Shown piece after piece: positions 17,277 to 25,294 of a stretch of 36,351 bases of DNA (position 1 is the stretch's first letter; each line of letters starts with the position of its first letter). The stretch is from a virus (Duplodnaviria; Caudoviricetes). The stretch is taken from the IMG/VR virus record IMGVR_UViG_3300005077_000059, positions 1-36,351 of that record, one strand, 5' to 3'. The notes under the pieces were generated by a model. It saw nothing but the letters and a program-made list of their open reading frames with translations, did not search any database and was not told where the DNA came from. The position numbers were made by a program, and so were the translations under genes.

Positions 17277-17512
17277 CGTGAATTGCGAAAGAGATCCGCC
17301 TTCGGGCAGCGCGCGTGGTGCGGCGCGTAGCCCCAAACCGCCTCGCCGCCGGCGCGCACCTGCACCACGCGCCCCGTGGGCTCCACCACCATGGCGCCGG
17401 TGTCCTCGCCCGGCCGCCAGGTCCGCGGCGGCGGCTCGCACGGGATCGGGCGGCCTGTGGTGGCGCTCTTGATCCAGACCAGCTGCGCGCCGCAGCCCTT
17501 GCACGTGCTCAT
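17273..17512 (-). CDS. Small phage Cys/His zinc-binding protein, 79 aa
   Basis: MSTCKGCGAQLVWIK...IPCE...GYAPHHARCP, a pattern common in small phage proteins. Confidence 0.7.
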   Translation of the reverse strand: MSTCKGCGAQLVWIKSATTGRPIPCEPPPRTWRPGEDTGAMVVEPTGRVVQVRAGGEAVWGYAPHHARCPKADLFRNSR

Positions 17513-17745
17513 GGCCGCGCCACCAGCTTGAGCCGGAAGCGGCCGCGCGGCAGCACCTCGGTGACCACGTAGTCGTGGCCGGCGATGGTGAAGCCGTCGC
17601 CCACGCGCAGCGGCCGCACCTCGCCGGGCGCCCACGGCACGCGCACGCCGCTCGCCGGCTTGGAAGCCGGGCAGCCCGCATTGTGGGTTCCGTCCGGCGC
17701 CCCGCAGTGCTCGCACCACGCGATGGGCTCGCTACGATTCTCCAT
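17509..17745 (-). CDS. Hypothetical zinc-finger protein, 78 aa
   Basis: CEHCG..H...CP; ATG at 17745 after GGAGAGGG. Confidence 0.6.
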   Translation of the reverse strand: MENRSEPIAWCEHCGAPDGTHNAGCPASKPASGVRVPWAPGEVRPLRVGDGFTIAGHDYVVTEVLPRGRFRLKLVARP

Positions 17746-18046
17746 GGCCCTCTCCTTCGGGCTTGAGGTCCCAGAGCAGCCGCACGGCCATTGCCGCCAC
17801 CTGCAGCGCCTCCTGCTGCATGCGCTCGCGGCTGCCCCCGTGGTAGGTCGCATCGAGCGCGGCCTGCACCAGCTCGCCGGCCTCTTCTGCCACGATGGCC
17901 GCCTGGTGAACCAGATCCTCCGGCCAGCCTGGGTGCTGCTGCGCGGCACGGTTGAACTCCTGCCAGATCGCGCCTTCGATCCTCGATGCCGGGATATCCA
18001 CCGCGCCTGGCAAGCAGCCATTCCAGAAGTCGATCACGGCAGCCAC
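17732..18046 (-). CDS. MazG-like all-alpha NTP pyrophosphohydrolase
   Basis: AIVAEEAGELVQA...QEALQVAAMA, an EEXXE motif. Confidence 0.65.
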   Translation of the reverse strand: MAAVIDFWNGCLPGAVDIPASRIEGAIWQEFNRAAQQHPGWPEDLVHQAAIVAEEAGELVQAALDATYHGGSRERMQQEALQVAAMAVRLLWDLKPEGEGHGES

Positions 18047-18049
18047 CCC

Positions 18050-18946
18050 CTACAGCGAGGCCCACGTGGCCGGGTTGGTGTAGGCGTGGACGTTGCACGT
18101 GGAACCGCCGACCGCCGGCCGCTCCGCGTAGGCCAGGCCCACGATGAGGTTGCGGCCAGCCGCGATGCTGAGCAGGTCCGCGAAGACCTCGCGGTAGCTC
18201 GTGCCGCCGGCATAGCCGCCGTAGCGCTCCTGCTCCGGGCGCGTCGTCGCCCAGGTCTCGCCGTCCGCGCGCAGGCCCTTCACGAGGACCAGGTCGCCCT
18301 CGCGCGCGACGCTCTGCAACTCCTGCGGCCGGCACCAGTCGCCGAAGCCCTCCCACAAGCGCGTGCCGTGCCGCCGCCAGCCGCCGTTGACCACCAACTG
18401 CTGGTTCATGCGCTTGAGCAGCCAGATCAGCGTCGCCTCTTCCTGCTCCATGCGCGCGCGCTGCTCCTGCATCCACTGATCGGGCGAGCCGTCATAGCCG
18501 GGCCAGACGATGCGCCGCTGCTCGAGCGCGAGCAGCCACCACTCGACGCTCTGGAAGTCGTCCACCAGCACGCCGGCCTGCTGCGGGTTCTCGCGGCAAC
18601 ACTCGAGGATCTCCGCGAGCAGGCGCCCGGCGTGCTCGCCGTCGATCAGGTAGGGCCACGGGCCCTTGGGGCTGCGGACCTCGGGCAACCCAGGCGTGAG
18701 ATCCATCGGGCCCGGCTGCCAGTAGTCGCATGACGGCCGCGCCCGGTATGAGCAGCCCCATCGGTCGAAGTAGCGCAGGAGCTTCGGCATCAGCTGCGCC
18801 TGCCGGTAGCGCTGCCAGCGGTCGCTGATCTCGACCATGGCCTGGCCCTCCACCACCACCAGGTCGTTGGCCAGCACGTCGCGCTCCTGGACGCGCTTGG
18901 CAGCTGCCGTGCCGCCGCCGGAGTAGAGAAAGCACACTGAGCGCAT
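18050..18946 (-). CDS. Hypothetical protein, possible TIM-barrel glycoside-hydrolase-like, 298 aa
   Basis: ATG at 18946 after AAGGAGG; spaced GVLVDDF, LVVNGG and LWEGF motifs; CDS is solid but the function call is weak. Confidence 0.5.
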   Translation of the reverse strand: MRSVCFLYSGGGTAAAKRVQERDVLANDLVVVEGQAMVEISDRWQRYRQAQLMPKLLRYFDRWGCSYRARPSCDYWQPGPMDLTPGLPEVRSPKGPWPYLIDGEHAGRLLAEILECCRENPQQAGVLVDDFQSVEWWLLALEQRRIVWPGYDGSPDQWMQEQRARMEQEEATLIWLLKRMNQQLVVNGGWRRHGTRLWEGFGDWCRPQELQSVAREGDLVLVKGLRADGETWATTRPEQERYGGYAGGTSYREVFADLLSIAAGRNLIVGLAYAERPAVGGSTCNVHAYTNPATWASL

Positions 18947-18964
18947 GAGCGCCTCCTTGCGTTG

Positions 18965-18997
18965 GGGGCCCGGTGGCGAGAGCCACCACCGGGCCCC
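18965..18997 (-). terminator. Hairpin after ssb
   Basis: 12-bp perfect stem GGGGCCCGGTGG/CCACCGGGCCCC; no U-tract. Confidence 0.45.
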
Positions 18998-19010
18998 GCC
19001 GGGGTTGTGC

Positions 19011-19490
19011 CTAGAAAGGCAGGTCGTCCTCGTCGTCCGCCACGTAGCCGCGATCGCCGCCGCCTTGCTGATGCTGCTGCGCGGCCGCCGCGGGCTGGCT
19101 CGCCGGCGGCTGCGTGGCCGCCTGCGCCTGGGGCTGCGCGGCCGCGGTCGCCACCGCGGCATCCCGCGCGCCGATCATGAACCAGCGGCTCACCAGGATC
19201 TCCGTGGACCAGCGCTTCACGCCGTCCTTCTCCCACTCGCGCGTTCGCAGGTTGCCCTCGAGCCAGACCTGCTGCCCCTTCTTGCAGTAGCGGGCCATGT
19301 TCTCGGCGGCCTTGCCGAAGAGCACAACGTGGTGCCACTCGGTGTGATCCTGCCAGGCGCCATCGCGCTTCGTGCGCTCGTTCGTGGCGACGCTGACGTT
19401 GCAGACGGCCGTTCCGCTCTGCGCGTAGCGGAGCTCGGGGTCCTTGCCCAGGTTTCCGATCAGCTCCACGCGGTTCAGTCCGATGGCCAT
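19011..19490 (-). CDS. ssb: Single-stranded DNA-binding protein
   Basis: LNRVELIGNLGKDPELRY, TEWH and EGNLRTREW motifs; acidic DDEDDLPF tail. Confidence 0.97.
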   Translation of the reverse strand: MAIGLNRVELIGNLGKDPELRYAQSGTAVCNVSVATNERTKRDGAWQDHTEWHHVVLFGKAAENMARYCKKGQQVWLEGNLRTREWEKDGVKRWSTEILVSRWFMIGARDAAVATAAAQPQAQAATQPPASQPAAAAQQHQQGGGDRGYVADDEDDLPF

Positions 19491-19491
19491 G

Positions 19492-20763
19492 CTACTTCAC
19501 CTCCACGATCTCGAGCTGCACGGCTCCGGTTTCGCGCACGTCCTCGACCCACACCTGCAGGTCGTGCTCGCGCGCGAGCTCGTCCAGGTATCTCCGGCTC
19601 GCCAGGTCGAGCACCGAGCCGTCCTTGATGCGCAGGAGCCTGAGCTCAGGCTGGCCCATCCTGGCGAGGGCGCAGGCCACGCGCAGGCGCTGCGAGGTGC
19701 TGAGCTGCGGGAAGACGACGCCGCCGACGACCAGCTCGCCGTCCTCGCTCACCTCGAGGCCGCGGATAGGCAGCTTGCGGCGCACCTTGACCATGAGCGC
19801 CTCGCGGGCCGCGCGCGCCTGCGCGAGCGCTTCCTCTTCGCGCGCGACGATGGCGGCCTGCTTATCGACGCTCTCGTGCTCGCGGACGAGCCGGTCGACG
19901 TCCAGAACCGTCGAATTGTGCTGCCGCACCCGCTCGATCTCCTGGTCGATCGCCTCGAGGCTGCCAGCGGGCTCCGGCACTGGCTTCTCGAACACCTCGA
20001 GCCGCTTCTGCAGGTCCTTCCGCTCAGCCACCAGGTTGGCGCGCTCGGCATCCAGGCGGTTGATCTTGTCCTCGATCTGAGCGATGCGCTGCTTGGCCTC
20101 GTGCGCACGAGCCACCATCGTGCTGCGGGCGCCAAAGGCCTTGAGCAGCGCGTCGCGCTTGGCCTCGAGGTCCGCCAGGTCGATGGGCTCGATCCGCTCG
20201 TCCGCCTCGAGGAGCCGCGCCGCCGCAGGCAGGTAGGCCTCGAGCTCGCGCAGGCGCACCCGCATCTCCTCGAGCAGTCGGCCCTCGACGCGGCGGCGGT
20301 CGTAGGATGCCCGCTGCCGGCCCTCGATCTCGTCGAGCTCTTCGTGCACGCCGGCGACGGCGAGCACTGCGTCGCGGCGCTCGCGCGCCGTGCCCGAGCA
20401 CCAGGCCCAGGGGTCCATGGCGATCGCGTTCACCAGCCCGTCGAGCAGCTGCTGCGGGCGGGCGAGCGTCGCCCCGTCCGCGCGCGTCACCGTGAGCGAT
20501 GCGCCCTCGGCCGTGATCCGCCGCCGGACCGTGTCGCCGTTGTCGAGCGTCAGCTCCACCGTGGCGGCCTCGGCGCCGTTGCGAATCACGCCATCCGGGA
20601 TCGCCCGCTTGCCGGCGAGCGCGAAGAGGATCGAGTCCAGGACCGTGCTCTTGCCGGACCCGCCGGGCCCGACGACGTAGATCACCGGAACGTCCGGCGG
20701 CGGTTCGAGCGTGAGGTGCTCCAGGCTGCGCACGTTGCGCAGCTCGAGGCGTTGGATCTTCAC
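19492..20763 (-). CDS. SMC/Rad50-like ABC ATPase with coiled coil
   Basis: KIQRLELRNVRS, Walker A GPGGSGKS, central coiled coil, LSTSQ signature-like motif, IKDGSVLD. Confidence 0.85.
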   Translation of the reverse strand: MKIQRLELRNVRSLEHLTLEPPPDVPVIYVVGPGGSGKSTVLDSILFALAGKRAIPDGVIRNGAEAATVELTLDNGDTVRRRITAEGASLTVTRADGATLARPQQLLDGLVNAIAMDPWAWCSGTARERRDAVLAVAGVHEELDEIEGRQRASYDRRRVEGRLLEEMRVRLRELEAYLPAAARLLEADERIEPIDLADLEAKRDALLKAFGARSTMVARAHEAKQRIAQIEDKINRLDAERANLVAERKDLQKRLEVFEKPVPEPAGSLEAIDQEIERVRQHNSTVLDVDRLVREHESVDKQAAIVAREEEALAQARAAREALMVKVRRKLPIRGLEVSEDGELVVGGVVFPQLSTSQRLRVACALARMGQPELRLLRIKDGSVLDLASRRYLDELAREHDLQVWVEDVRETGAVQLEIVEVK

Positions 20764-21866
20764 GTGGTCTCCTTCGGCCCCAGGTTGGCGAGGATGCCCG
20801 TCAGGGCCTCTCCCGCGGTGGTGAAGTCGGCCGACGCGCGGGCCCCTGGGGCTCTATCCGCCCCGCCCGCCGGCCCTCTGGCTGCCGCCGCCTGGCGGTC
20901 AGCTCGCACTTTGTTGCGCTCGAGGCGCGCGTGCTCGTCGCGGCGCCACTGCTCGCGGGCCTCTTCCTCCGGCGATCGCCGGGAGGACTCCGAGCGCCAG
21001 CGGGCGTGGAGCTGCTGGGCGTGCTCGCGGAACTTCGCGCCGATCCCGCCGCGGGCCAGGAGCACCGGCCCCCAGTGCGGGTGGCGGGCGGCCCAGCGGA
21101 TGACCTCGACGAGCTCCGGCACCGGGTACTGGCCCGCCACCACGCGGAGCGCCTCCGCGTCGTGCATCGTGAAGGTCGGCCGCGCCGCCGGATGCGCAGC
21201 CCTCAGTTCTGCCTGGAGTAGGCGCCCGAGATCGACGCCGACCGCAGGGGGCGCCGGATCCGGGCCTGCGAGCTCTGCAGTGGCGTCCGAGCCGGCGATC
21301 TGGGGCACCGGCGCCAGCGAGGCGGTCGCGGGCGCTCCTGGCGCCTCAGGCTCGACCGGTCGAGAATCGACCGCTCGCACACGCGGCCCGCCGTTGTCGT
21401 TGTCGTTGACGTTGACGTTGTCTTTGACATTGGGGATTCCAGACGGCTGGCACTTGGATGCCGGATGGCTGCCAAGTGGCTGCCGGTTGGCTGCCAAGTG
21501 GCTGCCATCGGGCGGCCCAGGATAAGTGCTTGGCTTATAGTCCCTTGCGCGGACCTTCTGGAAGTCGGCCCAGTCGTGCAGCTCGCAGTAGCGGGCGCCG
21601 CCGGCCATGTAGGTGCGGATGAGCCGCCGCTCCTCGAGCGTCGCGAGGTAGCGCTCGACCTCGTCGACGGGGCGAGGCTGGCCCTCGACGAGCAGGTAGG
21701 CCTGGGCCGCGAGCACGGCCGGCATGATGGGCAGGCGCCCGTCATCGTCGGCGTGGTCGACCAGGTACTGCCAGAGGGTGAAGGCCGGCAGGCCGATCTT
21801 CTCGTGCTTGTGCGAGTCGCTCCACACGCCAGGGTAGTGGAGCCGCGGACGGACCTTGTGCGCCAT
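20760..21866 (-). CDS. Replication initiator (replisome organizer, lambda O analogue), 368 aa
   Basis: LWQYLVDHADDDGR...LIRTY...HDWADFQK winged-helix N-terminus; internal iterons; ATG at 21866 after GAGGAG. Confidence 0.8.
   Translation of the reverse strand: MAHKVRPRLHYPGVWSDSHKHEKIGLPAFTLWQYLVDHADDDGRLPIMPAVLAAQAYLLVEGQPRPVDEVERYLATLEERRLIRTYMAGGARYCELHDWADFQKVRARDYKPSTYPGPPDGSHLAANRQPLGSHPASKCQPSGIPNVKDNVNVNDNDNGGPRVRAVDSRPVEPEAPGAPATASLAPVPQIAGSDATAELAGPDPAPPAVGVDLGRLLQAELRAAHPAARPTFTMHDAEALRVVAGQYPVPELVEVIRWAARHPHWGPVLLARGGIGAKFREHAQQLHARWRSESSRRSPEEEAREQWRRDEHARLERNKVRADRQAAAARGPAGGADRAPGARASADFTTAGEALTGILANLGPKETT
21455..21509. repeat. Five tandem 11-bp iterons TGG(C/A)TGCCnnn; probable replication origin
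   Basis: tggatgccgga, tggctgccaag, tggctgccggt, tggctgccaag, tggctgccatc inside the initiator gene, next to a lower-GC GTTGTC/GTTGAC tract at about 21393-21431. Confidence 0.75.
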
Positions 21867-21988
21867 GTTGAGCTCCTCGGGCGGCACCCTGCCATGGCCT
21901 CCGCCCCGCGTCCAGCAGGAAGTTGGGAGCCCGCCGCGGGCTCGCACTCGCGCGCGCCCCACGCCCGCGTTCCCCGCGGGCTCCCATG

Positions 21989-22054
21989 TGGCCCAGGCTG
22001 GACTCGAACCAGCCCCGCCGGGCGCAACATCCCGGCGGCCTCCCGCGCTGAGCC
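21989..22054 (-). ncRNA. tRNA-like element lacking a D-stem (66 nt)
   Basis: Acceptor GGCTCAG/CTGGGCC plus discriminator A; T-arm GCTGG-TTCGAGT-CCAGC; central stem CGCCGGG/CCCGGCG with an 8-nt loop. Confidence 0.6.
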
Positions 22055-22086
22055 AAGGCGCCGGCCTCAGCGGCCGGCGCGCGCTC

Positions 22087-23046
22087 TCATTCCCCCCTGC
22101 TCATCCCGCGCAGGCGCTCGGCCGTGCCGGAGCTCCCCCTGCGCTCAGAAGCTGCCGAGCCGAGCTCATGTGACGTGGCGTCGGCACCCTGGGGTTGGCC
22201 CGTCTCGGCATTCTCCCACGCGGCCTCGCTGATGGGCCGCCAGTCCTGATCGCTCCACTCGATCGGCCGCGCCGGGTCCGCGCCCTGCGCGAGCTCCTGC
22301 GGCTCGCCGGCCTCGGAGCGCTCGTCGAGCTGCATCGCCATGCCCATCTCCACGCTCGTGGGCACGTACTTGAAGGCGCGCCGCGTTGGGCTCTTCGCGC
22401 ACATCTCTGCGAAGTGCGTGAGCCACGGACCCTGGTAGGGCTTGCCCCTCGATCGCTTGGCGTGCTGCTGCTTGACCCAGGCGAAGACCTCGTCCAGCTC
22501 GTGGCGCTCCATGACCTTCGGCACCTCGTGCCCGCCGGCCAGCACCGGCACGCAGTAGGCCGCCACCAGCTCGCCGCGGTCCTGGCCGCGGTAGGGCTTG
22601 TGGTGGACGAAGGGTTTCCCGCCGAGCCCGTAGTCGAACTCGTCGCGGTCGTAGACGGCGTGGGCCACGATGCGCTCGACGCGCGGGCTCCGGTAGCCGA
22701 GCTCGACGAGCCCGCGGTAGCCCAGCACGAGCTCGACGTCGTAGCCCTGCCGGCGGCTGCTGTAGAAGGGCAGGAGCCAGGCGTGCCCCAGGTGCCGGCC
22801 GGGCTCCAGACCGATCTGCGCGCAGGCGACGAGCGCGCCCACGAGGCTCGGGCCGGTGCAGGCCAGCAGCTGCGGCGTGCGTCGCACCTCGTTGTAGGCG
22901 ATGCGGATGAGCCGCTCCGCGTTCAGGTGCTTGGGCAGCAGCGAGTCGATCTGCTTCTGCTGCCGCTCAAAGAGCTGCCCCAGCGTGACCACCGGGGCGG
23001 GCGACTGTGGGGCGCCGGCGGCGGCGCCCCCTTCGACGGTTGCCAT
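22087..23046 (-). CDS. recT: RecT-family single-strand annealing recombinase
   Basis: LLPKHLNAERLIRIA, QIGLEPG..LGHAWLLPF, LGYRGLVEL and PW.THFAEM motifs. Confidence 0.95.
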   Translation of the reverse strand: MATVEGGAAAGAPQSPAPVVTLGQLFERQQKQIDSLLPKHLNAERLIRIAYNEVRRTPQLLACTGPSLVGALVACAQIGLEPGRHLGHAWLLPFYSSRRQGYDVELVLGYRGLVELGYRSPRVERIVAHAVYDRDEFDYGLGGKPFVHHKPYRGQDRGELVAAYCVPVLAGGHEVPKVMERHELDEVFAWVKQQHAKRSRGKPYQGPWLTHFAEMCAKSPTRRAFKYVPTSVEMGMAMQLDERSEAGEPQELAQGADPARPIEWSDQDWRPISEAAWENAETGQPQGADATSHELGSAASERRGSSGTAERLRGMSRGE

Positions 23047-23067
23047 GGTGAGCTCCTCTCGATCGGG

Positions 23068-24009
23068 TTACGCGCTCACGGCCCGCCAGTTGGGCCGGAA
23101 GACGCGGATCTCTTGCTGGCGCGCGAAGGCCTTGGCGAGGTCCGGATGCGCCTCGCTCAGGGCCTTGCCGTCGAGCGTCGTGCGCTTCTCCACCTTCCAC
23201 GTTGCCAGGGATCGGCCGCTCGGGTCAAGTAGCTGCCCGGCTTCGCCCATGGCGCTCTTCACGGTCAGCTCGAGCGCGGATTTCTTCGCCTCGACCGCCT
23301 CGAGCTGCTCGCGGACGGCCTTGAGCTCCATGAGCGCCTGCAGCACCGCGGGGCCGGCGACCGTGCTCGCCACCGTGTTGCGCGGCCAGCGCATCGCCAC
23401 GTCCTCGAGGTCGCGCGGCTCCGGCGGCCGGCGGTCGACGACGCGCTGCCAGAACTCTGCGAGCATCGGCACCATGGCGCCGATGACCTTCTCGTCGCGC
23501 AGGACGAGATAGGCCCGGTAGTCGCGCCCGCCGATGAGGCTGGACATGTGCCAGCGCTCCCAGCCCGTGACGGCCAGGTAGTGCTGGACCTGGATGTAGT
23601 AATGCTCGGGCACGAAGGCGGCGGATCCGGCATCCACCACGCCGGGCGGCCCCCACTCGTGCGCGAGGTGGTGCCCGGCCGTCTTGCCCTCCCAGCCCTC
23701 GGGGAATCCCTGCAGGCGCCGATCGATGTGGCCGAGCAGGAAGGGGTGATCCGGATGCTTGAAGGTTGCGCCGACGCGGCGCAGCGGCTGCCCAGTATCC
23801 TGGGTCCATCGATCCGCGAGCGCGCCCTCGAGAACCTCGCCCCAGTAGACGGCCTCGTTGCCGCTCAGGTCCGGCTCTTCGGCCTCGCCGACCTTCTCGA
23901 GGTAGAGCTGCAGCGGGCTCTTGTAGGGGTGCAGCCCGAGGGCCGCCGCCGCGTCACTTCCTCCGATGCCCGCGCGCCGGGCCTCCCGTTGCTCTGCTGT
24001 CAGTGCCAT
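23068..24009 (-). CDS. YqaJ-like viral recombinase/exonuclease, 313 aa
   Basis: RRAGIGGSDAAAALGLHPYKSPLQLYLEK, GHIDR, EGKT and YYIQVQHYLAVTG motifs; ATG at 24009. Confidence 0.95.
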   Translation of the reverse strand: MALTAEQREARRAGIGGSDAAAALGLHPYKSPLQLYLEKVGEAEEPDLSGNEAVYWGEVLEGALADRWTQDTGQPLRRVGATFKHPDHPFLLGHIDRRLQGFPEGWEGKTAGHHLAHEWGPPGVVDAGSAAFVPEHYYIQVQHYLAVTGWERWHMSSLIGGRDYRAYLVLRDEKVIGAMVPMLAEFWQRVVDRRPPEPRDLEDVAMRWPRNTVASTVAGPAVLQALMELKAVREQLEAVEAKKSALELTVKSAMGEAGQLLDPSGRSLATWKVEKRTTLDGKALSEAHPDLAKAFARQQEIRVFRPNWRAVSA

Positions 24010-24229
24010 GAGCTCCTCCGTTGAGTTGGCCGAGCTGCTCCAGCAGCTCGGCTTCGGTGATGCCAAGCCAGGCAGCCAGGCTCGCCGGGTTCACGCGCCA
24101 GTGGTTCCGGGCGATCTCCACGCCCTCGAGCGCGTGCTCGGGGTCGCGGAGGTAGGCCACTACGGTCCGCGGATCCTCGATCCCCAGGAGCGCGGCCACC
24201 TGCTTGGGCTTCGGCCAGTGGTAGTTCAT
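23954..24229 (-). CDS. HTH DNA-binding protein (excisionase/HTH_17-like)
   Basis: PKQVAALLGIE.PRTVVAYL...WRVNPASLAAWL winged-HTH pattern. Confidence 0.7.
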   Translation of the reverse strand: MNYHWPKPKQVAALLGIEDPRTVVAYLRDPEHALEGVEIARNHWRVNPASLAAWLGITEAELLEQLGQLNGGAHGTDSRATGGPARGHRRK

Positions 24230-24237
24230 GGCCGCGG

Positions 24238-24267
24238 ACGCTACCGGGCCGGCCCGCCGGCTGGCAA
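24238..24267 (-). promoter_or_regulatory. Leftward promoter, probably leaderless
   Basis: TTGCCA-N18-TAGCGT ending 8 nt before ATG 24229; no Shine-Dalgarno. Confidence 0.55.
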
Positions 24268-24289
24268 GGTAAATCTGCGCGGTTCTGGT

Positions 24290-24306
24290 CGAAAATGGGC
24301 GAAAAT
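24290..24306. promoter_or_regulatory. CGAAAAT direct repeat between divergent promoters (candidate operator)
   Basis: Copies at 24290-24296 and 24300-24306, one helical turn apart. Confidence 0.4.
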
Positions 24307-24309
24307 CCG

Positions 24310-24339
24310 TTGAACACGTGGGCGCCCGCCGGGTAGATT
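24310..24339 (+). promoter_or_regulatory. Rightward promoter
   Basis: TTGAAC-N18-TAGATT, followed by hairpin GAGCCGGCC...GGCCGGCTC (24345-24367) and a GAGGAG RBS. Confidence 0.55.
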
Positions 24340-24384
24340 CCCGCGAGCCGGCCGAGGTGGCCGGCTCGAACCGAGGAGCTCGAC

Positions 24385-24849
24385 ATGGCAGAAACCCCTT
24401 CGAACGGCGACCGCCCCGGGCTGGCAGCCGCCCGCCTGGAGCGCGAGATCCGCGACGCGATCGCGCAGTATCTCTGGTATCTGAAGGAGAACGAGGCGTG
24501 CGGCGGCATACTCACGCGCGAGCACGAGCTGGCGCTGGCGCGCTTCGCGCTGATTCGGATCTCGGACGCGATCGGCCTGGCGACGCGCCGCGGGTTCCCG
24601 ATCAACGACACCTTCCGCCAGAAGATGGTGGGCCAGTATGGGCAGGAGACGGTCACGAACCACGCCGCCCGCTTCGACCTGCTGCTGCGCGGCGAGCCGG
24701 CGACGGACGATGCGATGGTGTTCGCGCGCAGGCGCGTCGAAGAGCTGCGCGCGGCGCAAGGCGTGGCCTACATCGCCGCGCCCGGGCACTGCGCCACCGC
24801 GGATGATGACGACCCGCACGGCAGCCAGGCCAGCGACGGGGGGTGCTGA
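24385..24849 (+). CDS. Hypothetical protein, 154 aa
   Basis: GAGGAG RBS; first gene of the plus-strand operon. Confidence 0.7.
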   Translation: MAETPSNGDRPGLAAARLEREIRDAIAQYLWYLKENEACGGILTREHELALARFALIRISDAIGLATRRGFPINDTFRQKMVGQYGQETVTNHAARFDLLLRGEPATDDAMVFARRRVEELRAAQGVAYIAAPGHCATADDDDPHGSQASDGGC

Positions 24850-24851
24850 GC

Positions 24852-25100
24852 ATGGCGATCAAGCCAACCGAACTCGCGCGGCGGTTCTCCAACGCCAAGG
24901 TCAGCGCCTACGTCTGTGGCTGCCAGGTGCCGCTCGTATCGCCCGCGACCAGCGGCACGCCCGCTCGCGAACTCCGCATGATGACTTCGCAGGATGCGTT
25001 CGCCATCGAGAAGGCCCTCGAGCACTACGCCAAGCTGGTGGAGGCCCTCGGCATCCGGCCGGCATGGGAGCCCGAGAGCGTGGAGGTGAAGCAGCTATGA
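24852..25100 (+). CDS. Hypothetical protein, 82 aa
   Basis: ATG 2 nt after the upstream stop. Confidence 0.6.
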   Translation: MAIKPTELARRFSNAKVSAYVCGCQVPLVSPATSGTPARELRMMTSQDAFAIEKALEHYAKLVEALGIRPAWEPESVEVKQL

Positions 25101-25294
25101 ACCGCCGCACCGCACGGGCCTGGGCCTTGCGCGAGCTTGCAACCTTTGCCGATGGCCTGGCCCATGATGCCGAGGAGGGCGCCGCGGGGCTCGAGCGCAC
25201 CGAGGGCGCCAAGGCGGCCAGGGAGCTCCGCGAGCTGGTCGCGGCAATGCACGCGCGGGCGTTCCGCCTCGAGCGCTCGCAGGGGGAGTCTTGA
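25097..25294 (+). CDS. Hypothetical protein, 65 aa
   Basis: ATGA overlap, GGAGGT RBS; MNRRTARAWALRELA. Confidence 0.6.
   Translation: MNRRTARAWALRELATFADGLAHDAEEGAAGLERTEGAKAARELRELVAAMHARAFRLERSQGES

Noticed and set aside
15636-18476. 946-aa minus-strand ORF
   Set aside because: Only the last 179 aa (DUF1064-like, from ATG 16175) look real; the rest is an alternate frame over five better-supported genes
21455-21509. CRISPR mini-array
   Set aside because: 11-bp tandem units with no spacers, inside a CDS, and no cas genes
21989-22054. Functional decoding tRNA or attP-bearing tRNA
   Set aside because: No D-stem, an 8-nt non-canonical loop and no encoded CCA; no integrase in the genome
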